Positions 19,278 through 26,875 of a DNA stretch of 64,000 bases are shown one piece after another. The notes under the pieces were generated by a model. It had not been told where the DNA came from. It made no database searches and was given only the letters and a program-made list of their open reading frames with translations. Numbering within the stretch: position 1 is the stretch's first letter; the number at the start of each line of letters is the position of its first letter. The position numbers and the translations under genes are program-made. This DNA comes from Candidatus Omnitrophota bacterium (GTDB taxonomy: Bacteria; Omnitrophota; Gorgyraeia; Duberdicusellales; 4484-171). The stretch lies in the NCBI GenBank assembly GCA_003154195.1, contig PMCS01000029.1, positions 24,142 to 88,141 on the forward strand, read 5' to 3'.

Positions 19278-19484
19278 ATGAGCGAAATTATATTTATTAT
19301 TGAAAATTCCGACGAAGGCGGCTACACCGCCAAAGCCCTCGGTTATTCCATTTATACCGAGGCAGAAACCATGGAAGAGCTGAAAGAAAACATTAAAGAC
19401 GCGGTAAAATGCCACATTGACGCTAAAGAACTACCCCATATCGTTCGTCTTCACATGGTAAAAGACGAAGTAATGGCGATATGA
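19278..19484 (+). CDS. hicB: HicB-family antitoxin (UPF0150)
   Basis: MSEIIFIIENSDEGGYTAKALGYSIYTEAETMEELKENIKDAVKCHI matches the HicB N-terminal RNase-H-like fold consensus (EGGYTAxxPxLPGCxTxGETxEEAxxNxKEAI). A GAGGTGG ribosome-binding site lies upstream. It overlaps hicA by 4 nt. Confidence 0.7.
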   Translation: MSEIIFIIENSDEGGYTAKALGYSIYTEAETMEELKENIKDAVKCHIDAKELPHIVRLHMVKDEVMAI

Positions 19485-19720
19485 GACTACCCAGAGAAAT
19501 TAGCGGCGAAGAACTGGCAAAACTTCTCAAAAAATACGCCTACGAAATTACCCGACAAACCGGCAGCCACATGCGGCTTACTACCACCCTTCAAGGCGAA
19601 CACCACATTACCATCCCTGCGCATAAATATCTTAAAATCGGCACATTAAACGGAATTCTGTCCGATGTTGCCAATCATTTCAAAATAGATAAAAACGATT
19701 TAATTAAAGAATTGTTCTAA
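19481..19720 (+). CDS. hicA: HicA-family mRNA interferase toxin
   Basis: ISGEELAKLLKKYAYEITRQTGSHMRLT...ITIPAHKYLKIGTLNGILSDV matches HicA (xLxKxGWxxxRxxGSHxxxxHP...VPxHxxDLxxGTLxSILKQA). The ATGA overlap indicates translational coupling with hicB. Confidence 0.7.
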   Translation: MRLPREISGEELAKLLKKYAYEITRQTGSHMRLTTTLQGEHHITIPAHKYLKIGTLNGILSDVANHFKIDKNDLIKELF

Positions 19721-19797
19721 CCAACAAATCCAGCCGACCCTGCTCCGCCGTCGCTTCGCTCCTGGCTTCGCAGAGGCGGCTGATTTTTGTGTTAAAT
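19715..19797 (+). repeat. integron attC site 3 (short, about 83 bp, ends GTTAAAT)
   Basis: TTCTAACCAACAAATCCAGCCGACC ... GGCGGCTGATTTTTGTGTTAAAT. It has the same left and right arms as the other attC sites but a shorter centre. Confidence 0.7.
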
Positions 19798-19839
19798 AAT
19801 AAATGGGAATAACAACACGCTTTGATATAATGATTATAG

Positions 19840-20019
19840 ATGAATAAAAGAATCATAAAAATAACAAGCATTAAGAATAAGGACAATGCGTTTGCTTATT
19901 GGCTTTCAAAGCCGGCTAGCGAACGTATCGAAGCCGTCGAGATACTAAGGAAACAGCTCAATGGAAACGCAAAAAGATTTCAAAGAACTATTAGAATTAT
20001 TCAACAAGCACAAGGTTAA
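19840..20019 (+). CDS. small cassette ORF (59 aa), hypothetical
   Basis: The ATG at 19840 gives MNKRIIKITSIKNKDNAFAYWLSKPASERIEAVEILRKQLNGNAKRFQRTIRIIQQAQG. It falls below the 60-aa cut-off of the ORF track and overlaps the downstream pseudogene in another frame. Confidence 0.3.
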   Translation: MNKRIIKITSIKNKDNAFAYWLSKPASERIEAVEILRKQLNGNAKRFQRTIRIIQQAQG

Positions 20020-20162
20020 ATACATAATCGTCGGCGCCTACGCTCTGGCATTCCCATGGAAACACACCCGCCTACTTTATCGGCAAAAATGATTTTATCG
20101 TAAACAAAAAGTCCCTAGGCCGGCATAAAGACATGGCTGACATAGAATCTATCACTGAATAA
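19961..20162 (+). pseudogene. decayed cassette gene: nucleotidyltransferase-fold protein fragment with an internal deletion or frameshift
   Basis: The N-terminal piece METQKDFKELLELFNKHKVKYIIVGAYALAF matches the small nucleotidyltransferase family (LLxLLNxxxVxYLVIGGYA). After a frame break, only the C-terminal piece VNKKSLGRHKDMADIESITE* (RPKDLADIE-like) remains in a different frame. Confidence 0.4.
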
Positions 20163-20219
20163 TCATTTAACAAGCCAGCCGACCTCGCCTACGGCGGGCG
20201 ACGAATTTTTGTGTTAGAA
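20163..20219 (+). repeat. integron attC site 4 (short, about 57 bp, ends GTTAGAA)
   Basis: AAGCCAGCCGACCTCGCCTACGGCGGGCGACGAATTTTTGTGTTAGAA shares the CCAGCCGACC left arm and TTTTTGTGTTAGAA right end. Confidence 0.6.
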
Positions 20220-20231
20220 AAGGGAAAAACA

Positions 20232-20825
20232 ATGAAATGGGTAGCTGTTTCACTATTGCTCATGATAACCCTGGGGATAAATTCCAGTGTGGAGCCGGCA
20301 TCATCTGCCGCTCAAGATGAACACATCGAAAAACTCATCCAAGCGTTATACACGCATCCCTGGCCGGGCGCGGAAATGTTTGCCGAGCCGATGGAGTGGG
20401 ATTTTCACTTCACCGAGCCGATACAGGCCCTGCTCGAAATCGGCGCGGCGGCTCAGAAACCGCTTTTAGCGCGGCTTTCGGATCCGGCGATAACGGACCA
20501 GGTCATTTTTTTGCTGGGTGGTGTCGGCGACGAAGAGTCGGTTGGCCCGATAATCGCCGCGATGGAACAGGCGTCAAACCTGCCGGCAGAAAAACGTAAA
20601 AGAATCCTCGAGGTGGGAAATTTGGCACTGACGAATATCACCGTAGCGGATATAATCTGGCACCATGGAGGCGGTATTGTCCTTGACCGCTGCCCGGATG
20701 ACCCGGCCCAATGCTGGGCCCAATGGTGGAAACAAAATAAGGCGACTTTTCGGGTGCGCGATATAAAACAAAGCCGGCGCTACAGCAACTACCCGGGCTA
20801 TGGCATCTATAAAGGCCTGCCGTAA
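20232..20825 (+). CDS. cassette ORF: secreted hypothetical protein (197 aa)
   Basis: MKWVAVSLLLMITLGINSSVEPASSA is a signal peptide. The ATG at 20232 lies just after the attC core. The longer track ORF starts at GTG inside the attC. Confidence 0.55.
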   Translation: MKWVAVSLLLMITLGINSSVEPASSAAQDEHIEKLIQALYTHPWPGAEMFAEPMEWDFHFTEPIQALLEIGAAAQKPLLARLSDPAITDQVIFLLGGVGDEESVGPIIAAMEQASNLPAEKRKRILEVGNLALTNITVADIIWHHGGGIVLDRCPDDPAQCWAQWWKQNKATFRVRDIKQSRRYSNYPGYGIYKGLP

Positions 20826-20966
20826 ACTCCTGTCACCGTTTTCCAACAAATCGTTTCAGCGCACCCGCGAAAAGCGCGAACCGCTTGATTCTTTCTTTAT
20901 AGCCCTACCTTGCGGTGATGATAATTTATATAAGAAAAGCGGAATTGGCGAAAAAGACAGGAAGCG

Positions 20967-21470
20967 TCAGCTTTTGGTCCTGAGGTCAACAGAAACAGTC
21001 AGCATCGGTATTTCGATAAATTCGTCATCCGCCGGAATAATCGAATCGGCTTTATTCGGCGCCGCGATAAATGCCTTGCCCCCCAAAACCGAAACATCGT
21101 CTTTAAATAAACCCGCGGGGGCATTGCCTTGAAGAAAAATCGAAATGGGAACATTATGGAGTTTGCTTAACATCGCGGCATAAAGGCTTCCGGCAATTGC
21201 GGTAATGCCCTGGTCGGTTTTAGTTTTGTAAAAAATCATCGTTTTGGCGATTTTATTTTTATAGAACAACATCCCCAGGGTGTTATCGGTGCAATACACA
21301 AACGACAACTCGGCGCGTTTTAAAATAGACATATTGTATTTAAGCCCCAGCATAAACGGCCGGTTTTCCGGCAGAATCACCAGATTTCTTTGCCGGCGAA
21401 GTTCCATCACCCCCTCGGGAGATATCGGGCCCCAGATTAAAAATGCGTTATTAATATTTTCTAATTTCAT
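20967..21470 (-). CDS. truncated eIF-2B/MtnA-family paralog (C-terminal-domain-like, 167 aa)
   Basis: ENRPFMLGLKYNMSILKRAELSFVYCTDNTLGMLF...GITAIAGSLYAAMLSKLHNVPISIF aligns weakly with the ETRPxLQGxRLTxWEL...GADR...NKxGTYxxAxxAKxHxxPFY region of the adjacent full-length gene. The catalytic residues are not conserved. Confidence 0.45.
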   Translation of the reverse strand: MKLENINNAFLIWGPISPEGVMELRRQRNLVILPENRPFMLGLKYNMSILKRAELSFVYCTDNTLGMLFYKNKIAKTMIFYKTKTDQGITAIAGSLYAAMLSKLHNVPISIFLQGNAPAGLFKDDVSVLGGKAFIAAPNKADSIIPADDEFIEIPMLTVSVDLRTKS

Positions 21471-21486
21471 AATTAATACTTATATC

Positions 21487-22392
21487 TTATTCAAAAAGAT
21501 TAAGCTCGATCGGTTTGGTGACAAAATCGCCTTTAGTAATATCGAACGCCGGGTATACCGCGTCGACCTGGGAAAAATCTCCCCCTAAAAACATAAACGT
21601 TTCTTCTTTCGGCCTTTCTTCAATCGGGATTGCGTCGATATTAATCTTTATGGGGTACTGAGTTAAAGGATAAAAAGGTATCCCAAAGTGTTTAGCCAGG
21701 CGCGCTATCGCGTAGGTGCCTAATTTATTGATGACATCATTGCCGACGGTAGCGCGGTCGGCGCCGGTTACCACGCAGTTAACGATACCGTTCCGCATCA
21801 AGCTTGCCGCCTGGTTGTCGCAAAGAACTTTTACCGGGATATTATTTTTCTGCAGTTCCCAATAAGTCAGGCGCGTACCCTGCAAATACGGCCGCGTTTC
21901 CGAAACATAAAAACAGGCTTTTTTCCCGAGTTGGGTTAATTCTTCATAAAGATAGAGCAATTCGCCGTTAACATTGCAAATGGTTAGAATATTGGCGGGA
22001 TCGGGCAGGATTTGCGCCAAAGCCAGGCAGCGTTTTTTCCTTGCCCGGTCAAAAGCCCACACAAAGCTTTCCACGGCGTCTTTCACCGTTACCCCGTTGC
22101 CGGTCTGGCGCTTGATAATCGAGGCAAGCGTGTCGAAATCGAAGGTCGGCCGCACCGCCTTGAATTGGCCGCAAATATAATCGACAGTTGTCTCCTGCCG
22201 GAATAAGGCGCAGGAATAAAAAAACAGGAGCACCTGGCCCAGGGAACGGGTCTTCATTTCTTTCAAAACCCACAACGCTTTCGGCAAACCGGTAACTTCG
22301 ATATACTCTTCCTTAAAAGGGATAAGGGTTTCATCCAGAACGACAATCTTATTATCTTTTATTTGAACGGGAAATAAGAGTGGGCTTTCCAT
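21487..22392 (-). CDS. eIF-2B alpha/beta/delta-family sugar-phosphate isomerase (MtnA / 5-deoxyribose-1-P isomerase-like)
   Basis: ETRPYLQGTRLTYWELQKNNIPVKVLCDNQAASLM...VVTGADRATVGNDVINKLGTYAIARLAKHFGIPFYPL...IPIEERPKEE matches the methylthioribose-1-phosphate isomerase signatures. Confidence 0.75.
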   Translation of the reverse strand: MESPLLFPVQIKDNKIVVLDETLIPFKEEYIEVTGLPKALWVLKEMKTRSLGQVLLFFYSCALFRQETTVDYICGQFKAVRPTFDFDTLASIIKRQTGNGVTVKDAVESFVWAFDRARKKRCLALAQILPDPANILTICNVNGELLYLYEELTQLGKKACFYVSETRPYLQGTRLTYWELQKNNIPVKVLCDNQAASLMRNGIVNCVVTGADRATVGNDVINKLGTYAIARLAKHFGIPFYPLTQYPIKINIDAIPIEERPKEETFMFLGGDFSQVDAVYPAFDITKGDFVTKPIELNLFE

Positions 22393-22418
22393 AATAAAAA
22401 AATTCTTTCGTAATTTTT

Positions 22419-23219
22419 TTATATTAGCTTTTTATAAAGCTTCCTTATTTTCGGCGTGACGGTGAATTTATCGATATTAAAAGACCGGTCTGCTGCCTGC
22501 GCCACCGGCATTATTCCCATCAACGAGCTGGTCAAGAATACTTCATCGCAGTTAAGCAAATCGGTTTTCGTAAATTCTCCTTCGACAATCTTTATTTTAT
22601 TATCCCGGCAGATATCGATAACGGCTTTCCGGGTGACGCCGGCCAGCAAACCGCAGGAAAGGCCGGGTGTAAAAACTTTCTTATTTTTTACTAAAAAAAT
22701 ATTACTGCGGCTGCCTTCCTGTAGAAACCATCTTTCATTCAAAAAAATAGCCTCTTCTTTTTGCTGTTTTTGCGCGGCCAGCCAGGCAATCCGGTTTTTC
22801 ACATAACTCAAAGATTTGACACTCAAAAATTCGTCTTTGGAGTAGCGGATGATATCGGAAAATATTATTTTTGCCCCTTTCTGGTAATCCTCTTCCTTGT
22901 AATAATCAAATTCCGAAACCTGGATGATACAGCCGGCGCCTTTCCTTTTTTTAAAAACATTGATCCGCACGTAAGCATCCTCCAAATCATTTTGAGCCAT
23001 AAGGCTCAAAATGATTTGCTTATAATCTAAATCAGGGCATTCTAATTGCAAAAATTTAGCACCGTCCCTTAAACGGCCGATATGTTCATTCAGAAAAGGA
23101 ATATTTCCGCCGCGCGGCCGGAAAGTCTCGAACACCCCCCAGCCGAATAAATATCCCGGCTCAAGAACTTCCCCCAACGTTTCTTTTTCAACAAATTGAT
23201 TATTACAATATATTTTCAT
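22419..23219 (-). CDS. class IV aminotransferase (BCAT / D-aminotransferase / ADC-lyase fold)
   Basis: The GWGVFETFR motif and a length of 266 aa are consistent with a fold-type IV PLP enzyme. Confidence 0.7.
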   Translation of the reverse strand: MKIYCNNQFVEKETLGEVLEPGYLFGWGVFETFRPRGGNIPFLNEHIGRLRDGAKFLQLECPDLDYKQIILSLMAQNDLEDAYVRINVFKKRKGAGCIIQVSEFDYYKEEDYQKGAKIIFSDIIRYSKDEFLSVKSLSYVKNRIAWLAAQKQQKEEAIFLNERWFLQEGSRSNIFLVKNKKVFTPGLSCGLLAGVTRKAVIDICRDNKIKIVEGEFTKTDLLNCDEVFLTSSLMGIMPVAQAADRSFNIDKFTVTPKIRKLYKKLI

Positions 23220-23226
23220 AAAATTA

Positions 23227-24114
23227 TCAGCTTATAAATTCCAGAAAATTACCACTGGTTATTTTATTTTTTATACCGGGGCCGAAAGCTTCCAGCTCCC
23301 CGAGATTATCCTGCACGTCGGGATTAACCGGGTAATCCGAGCCCCACAGGATACGGTCGTCGCCGAATAAATCAACGGCAAGTTTTATATTGGTAAGGCT
23401 GGCGCCGGAAGTATCTACGTATATTTTCTTAAGTATTTCCGAAGGCTTTTTCCCTAAATCTTTTACCATACCCCTGGCTTTCAGCATCGGATATACCCGG
23501 TCAAAGCGGTCTTTTAAAAACGGCATTACGCCGCCCAGGGAAGAAAAAATAAACTTGATCCGGTAGCGGTCTAAAACCCCCTGCATCATCAAAATCCCCA
23601 TACACAACGACAAATCAAAACTGTATTCAAGAACCGGCATAAGCAAAGGGTCGTCAACCCGGTCAAACCCTACCGGATTATCCGTCTGGGGATGGATAAA
23701 AACGTTCATCTTATTTGCTTGCAGGGCTTCAAAAACAAGGGTAAGTTTATCGATGACGAACTTGCCGTTATAACTCGACGCCAGGCTTACCGCCTTAAAG
23801 CCTCTCTCCGCCAATTCGGCGATCTGGCCCGGTATATACGAAACATCGTCCATGTTGAGAATCGCGCAGGGGATGATCTTAGGGTTTTCTTTCGCGAGGG
23901 CCTCGACTTCGCCATTATAGATCACCGCTTCCTCTTCGTGGCCGCGCAGCTTTTTATGCGCATCAGTCGAGGGATAAACCAGAAGAGCTTTAGCGATACC
24001 ATTGGCATCGAGAAAATCGTAAAGCTTATCCTTATCCTGCCAAACCCCTTGATAAAAAGAAGTATAGGCGCCGATTGCTTGAGGAATGTAGTGGAGATGA
24101 GCGTCACAGAGCAT
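23227..24114 (-). CDS. amidohydrolase-2 family metal-dependent TIM-barrel hydrolase
   Basis: The N-terminal MLCDAHLHY (HxH metal motif) and a C-terminal D in ...WGSDYP are typical of the amidohydrolase_2 (ACMSD-like) family. Confidence 0.65.
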   Translation of the reverse strand: MLCDAHLHYIPQAIGAYTSFYQGVWQDKDKLYDFLDANGIAKALLVYPSTDAHKKLRGHEEEAVIYNGEVEALAKENPKIIPCAILNMDDVSYIPGQIAELAERGFKAVSLASSYNGKFVIDKLTLVFEALQANKMNVFIHPQTDNPVGFDRVDDPLLMPVLEYSFDLSLCMGILMMQGVLDRYRIKFIFSSLGGVMPFLKDRFDRVYPMLKARGMVKDLGKKPSEILKKIYVDTSGASLTNIKLAVDLFGDDRILWGSDYPVNPDVQDNLGELEAFGPGIKNKITSGNFLEFIS

Positions 24115-24122
24115 AATTTATA

Positions 24123-24218
24123 GTTTAGCCAGTTAGGCCTGTTGGTCAGTTTAGCCTGTTGGGACTGTTAAAAGATTTTAACGCTACAACCGGCTAAACC
24201 GACTCAACCGGCTCAACC
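24123..24218. repeat. palindromic repeat element built from tandem 9-mers (CCGGTTTRG units and their reverse complement)
   Basis: GTTTAGCCAGTTAGGCCTGTTGGTCAGTTTAGCCTGTTGGGA ... CAACCGGCTAAACCGACTCAACCGGCTCAACC gives forward copies, then a spacer, then reverse-complement copies. Homologous elements lie at 3908..3995 (inside a CDS) and 25711..25872. Confidence 0.7.
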
Positions 24219-24219
24219 A

Positions 24220-25683
24220 TTAAATATGCTTTTCTCCCTTAACCGCGCCTTTTTCCCATTTGCTAACGCCGCGCATGACATCCTGGAAACAAAGTTTAGC
24301 CAATTCGTCAAAAGGGCTGGTCATGATTCTTTGCACGCGGCCGGGTTTAGAAAAAAACTCCCTCATACACCAGGCGCCAAGCCGGCCGAGATCTTCGATG
24401 GATAAATGGTCGGTAGGCATTACCGGATGCAAAAAATCCCATTTCAGAAAATCAATTTTGTCGTAATCGATCCAGCCTTTCTTCATCCCGATTCTCCACA
24501 TGGGAGAATTAGGCGCGGGGGTAACGTAACCGATCCAGAGGATATCCGGGTCGACTTCATCGGTAAACTCAAACCGCTGTTTGATAATCGCTTCGGTGTC
24601 ATAGTCAAAACCCATCATAATATCCGCGACGACCGCGATATTGTTCTTGCGCAAAATCTCGATGGTTTTTTTAATCTGGGCGATGGTTATGCCTTTGGCG
24701 ACTTTTTTCAATTCCTCTTCGGTAGTGACTTCGATGCCGAAAACACCGGTGAACAAACCGGTCTCTTTCATCAGCGGCAAAATATGTTCGCAATTGATCC
24801 AATCGATGGCACGGCCTAAAGACACCCATTTAATCGGGTTGCCTTTAGCTTTTTTTAGATTGCAGAATTTTTCCACGCGCTTGGCGTCGACATTAAAATT
24901 ATCGTCCTGGATGACTACGACTTTAGTGCCGAATTTTTTATGCAACAGCTCAAGTTCCTCGATGACCCTTTCCGGGCTTTTCGCGCGCCAGGTAAGGAAA
25001 TCTTCCGGATGCCGGGGATCGTACTGGTCCCACTCATAACAAAATGTGCACGCCGACGGGCAGCCGCGCGAAGTGACCATTTCCACAAATGGCTTCCAAT
25101 AGGTATGGCCGACGTATTTATCCATGGGAAATAAATCATAGGCCGGCAAAGGCAGCTTATCCAAATCTTTAGAAAGCGGGCAATGCGGCCCCATTACCGG
25201 TTTACCGCTCGCGTCGCGGGTAGTGGCTCCGGCAACATCTTTAAGGTTTTTGCCTTTATCAATCGCTTCGATAAGAGCGTAAAAAGATTCTTCTTCGCCC
25301 ATGACCACATAATCCACGCAAGGATGGCGTTCCATCGTTTGCACCGGCGTGGCGCTGAACCACAGGCCGCCTAAAATAATCTTGGTTTTGGGACAGGCTT
25401 CTTTGATTCTTTTCGCCGTATCGAGAAAATAATGGACAATCGCGTAGCCGCCATAAGAATGAAGCATATCCCCCAATACTACGACATCGGGATTTTTTTC
25501 TTTGACTTGAGCTACCATCGCGTCCGATTCGATAAAAAGCGCCCGGCAGTCCATGACTTCCAGCTTATCGTAACCTTTCTCCCGGATATACGCGCCCCAC
25601 TGGGCATAAAGCTGGTTAGGCGCCCGATGTTCGCCATGCGTCGCCCACGCGCCGACCTTGGGCATTACGAATAATATTTTCAT
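24220..25683 (-). CDS. B12-binding-domain radical SAM protein (class B), second copy in the window
   Basis: An N-terminal B12-binding Rossmann region is followed by SRGCPSACTFCYEW (CxxxCxxC). 9-mer palindromic repeat elements lie on both sides. Confidence 0.8.
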   Translation of the reverse strand: MKILFVMPKVGAWATHGEHRAPNQLYAQWGAYIREKGYDKLEVMDCRALFIESDAMVAQVKEKNPDVVVLGDMLHSYGGYAIVHYFLDTAKRIKEACPKTKIILGGLWFSATPVQTMERHPCVDYVVMGEEESFYALIEAIDKGKNLKDVAGATTRDASGKPVMGPHCPLSKDLDKLPLPAYDLFPMDKYVGHTYWKPFVEMVTSRGCPSACTFCYEWDQYDPRHPEDFLTWRAKSPERVIEELELLHKKFGTKVVVIQDDNFNVDAKRVEKFCNLKKAKGNPIKWVSLGRAIDWINCEHILPLMKETGLFTGVFGIEVTTEEELKKVAKGITIAQIKKTIEILRKNNIAVVADIMMGFDYDTEAIIKQRFEFTDEVDPDILWIGYVTPAPNSPMWRIGMKKGWIDYDKIDFLKWDFLHPVMPTDHLSIEDLGRLGAWCMREFFSKPGRVQRIMTSPFDELAKLCFQDVMRGVSKWEKGAVKGEKHI

Positions 25684-25710
25684 TGTGAATCCTCCTCTTG
25701 TATTTGTTTT

Positions 25711-25872
25711 GCCGGTTTGGCCGGTTTGGCCGGTTTGGCCGGTTGAGCCGGTTAAAACATTTTATATAATCAAACGGCATTTAAAACAGTCTTAATAAGT
25801 TAAATAGGGCTTGCTGAATTCAATTAATTCAACCAGCTAAACCGGCTTAACAGGCTCAACTGGCTAAACAGT
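25711..25872. repeat. palindromic 9-mer repeat element, copy with a long AT-rich central spacer
   Basis: (CCGGTTTGG)x3 CCGGTTGAGCCGGTT - 73 nt AT-rich spacer - CAACCAGCTAAACCGGCTTAACAGGCTCAACTGGCTAAAC. Confidence 0.7.
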
Positions 25873-26637
25873 TTATTTCTCAGGATGTTTCTGCTTAAAC
25901 GGTATAACCGGCTTAGTCCACGGCGTAGTCTGGTTGATTACCGCTAACTCCAGGGGACAGGCATTGGCCGGCTGCTTCAACGCGAATAAAATCGCGTCGG
26001 CGATTGTTTCCGGTTCCATAAGCCTTCCCGCTTCGCCTGATACATCTTTTAATTTTCCGGTTAAAGGCGTGTCAGTTACCCCGGGAAAAATCGAAGTCAC
26101 CTTGATGCCAAAATCCCTCATTTCCCAGAATAAGCCTTTGGCAAACGCCCGCAAACCCACTTTCAATGAGGTATAAACTAAAAAATTTCTCGGCGGCGGC
26201 TCGACCATCACCGAACCGGAAGTGATATTGATAATGTGGCCGCATTTCCGGTCCTTCATATGATTGACCACCAGGCGCGCCAACATCACATAGCTGAAGT
26301 AATTAGTGTACATCACTTTCTCGATATCTTCAAGGGGTTGTTCCCAGAAGGGATGCTGGCTGGAAACACCGGCGCCGTTGATTACAACATCGATTTTTTT
26401 GTATTCGAGCAGAGTAGTATTGATTAAACTTTCTAAGTCCTTCTGTTTCGTAACATCGCACTGCACGCAAAGAATATTTTCCTTGCCCTTCACCTTCGCC
26501 TTTAAGTCTTCCAGAACTTCCAGTCGGCGCGCCGCCAATACCAGTGTCGCTCCTTCTCCCGCCAGTTTCTCCACCACCGCTTTACCAATCCCGCCAGACG
26601 CGCCGGTAATAATACAAACTTTGCCTTTTAAACTCAT
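25873..26637 (-). CDS. short-chain dehydrogenase/reductase (SDR)
   Basis: CIITGASGGIGKAVVEKLA is the TGxxxGxG motif. NGAG and the YxxxK active-site motif (YTSLKVGLRAFAK) are present. Confidence 0.85.
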   Translation of the reverse strand: MSLKGKVCIITGASGGIGKAVVEKLAGEGATLVLAARRLEVLEDLKAKVKGKENILCVQCDVTKQKDLESLINTTLLEYKKIDVVINGAGVSSQHPFWEQPLEDIEKVMYTNYFSYVMLARLVVNHMKDRKCGHIINITSGSVMVEPPPRNFLVYTSLKVGLRAFAKGLFWEMRDFGIKVTSIFPGVTDTPLTGKLKDVSGEAGRLMEPETIADAILFALKQPANACPLELAVINQTTPWTKPVIPFKQKHPEK

Positions 26638-26875
26638 GATTTACTCCTTTTTTTAAAAAACATAATCTTTAAGGATAAAGCAAAATTTTCACCACCCGCT
26701 CGTCCCGCCTATGGCGGGACTCGCTAGAGAACACAGGGGGCGCGGAGAAAAACTGTTGATTTCAAACATTTTCCTTTCTCTGTGAGTTCGGTCCCTTCCG
26801 GGAGGCTACGCTTCGCTTTGCACTGCGCTCTGTGGTAAGAATTTTTTTATTTTTCTAGCATCGATCTTCTACAAT

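Noticed and set aside
18479-20219. Possibility that the regularly recurring palindromes are a CRISPR array
   Set aside because: The repeats are 57-133 bp long, imperfect, internally palindromic and separated by 400-600 bp segments that contain ORFs. They end in GTTRRRY. These are features of integron attC sites, not CRISPR repeats, and no cas genes are present.
20826-20966. A terminal attC after the last cassette ORF (20232..20825)
   Set aside because: No CCAGCCGACC or GGCTGAT...GTTAGA arms were seen. The array appears to end without a recognisable terminal attC, or the site is too degenerate to call by eye.
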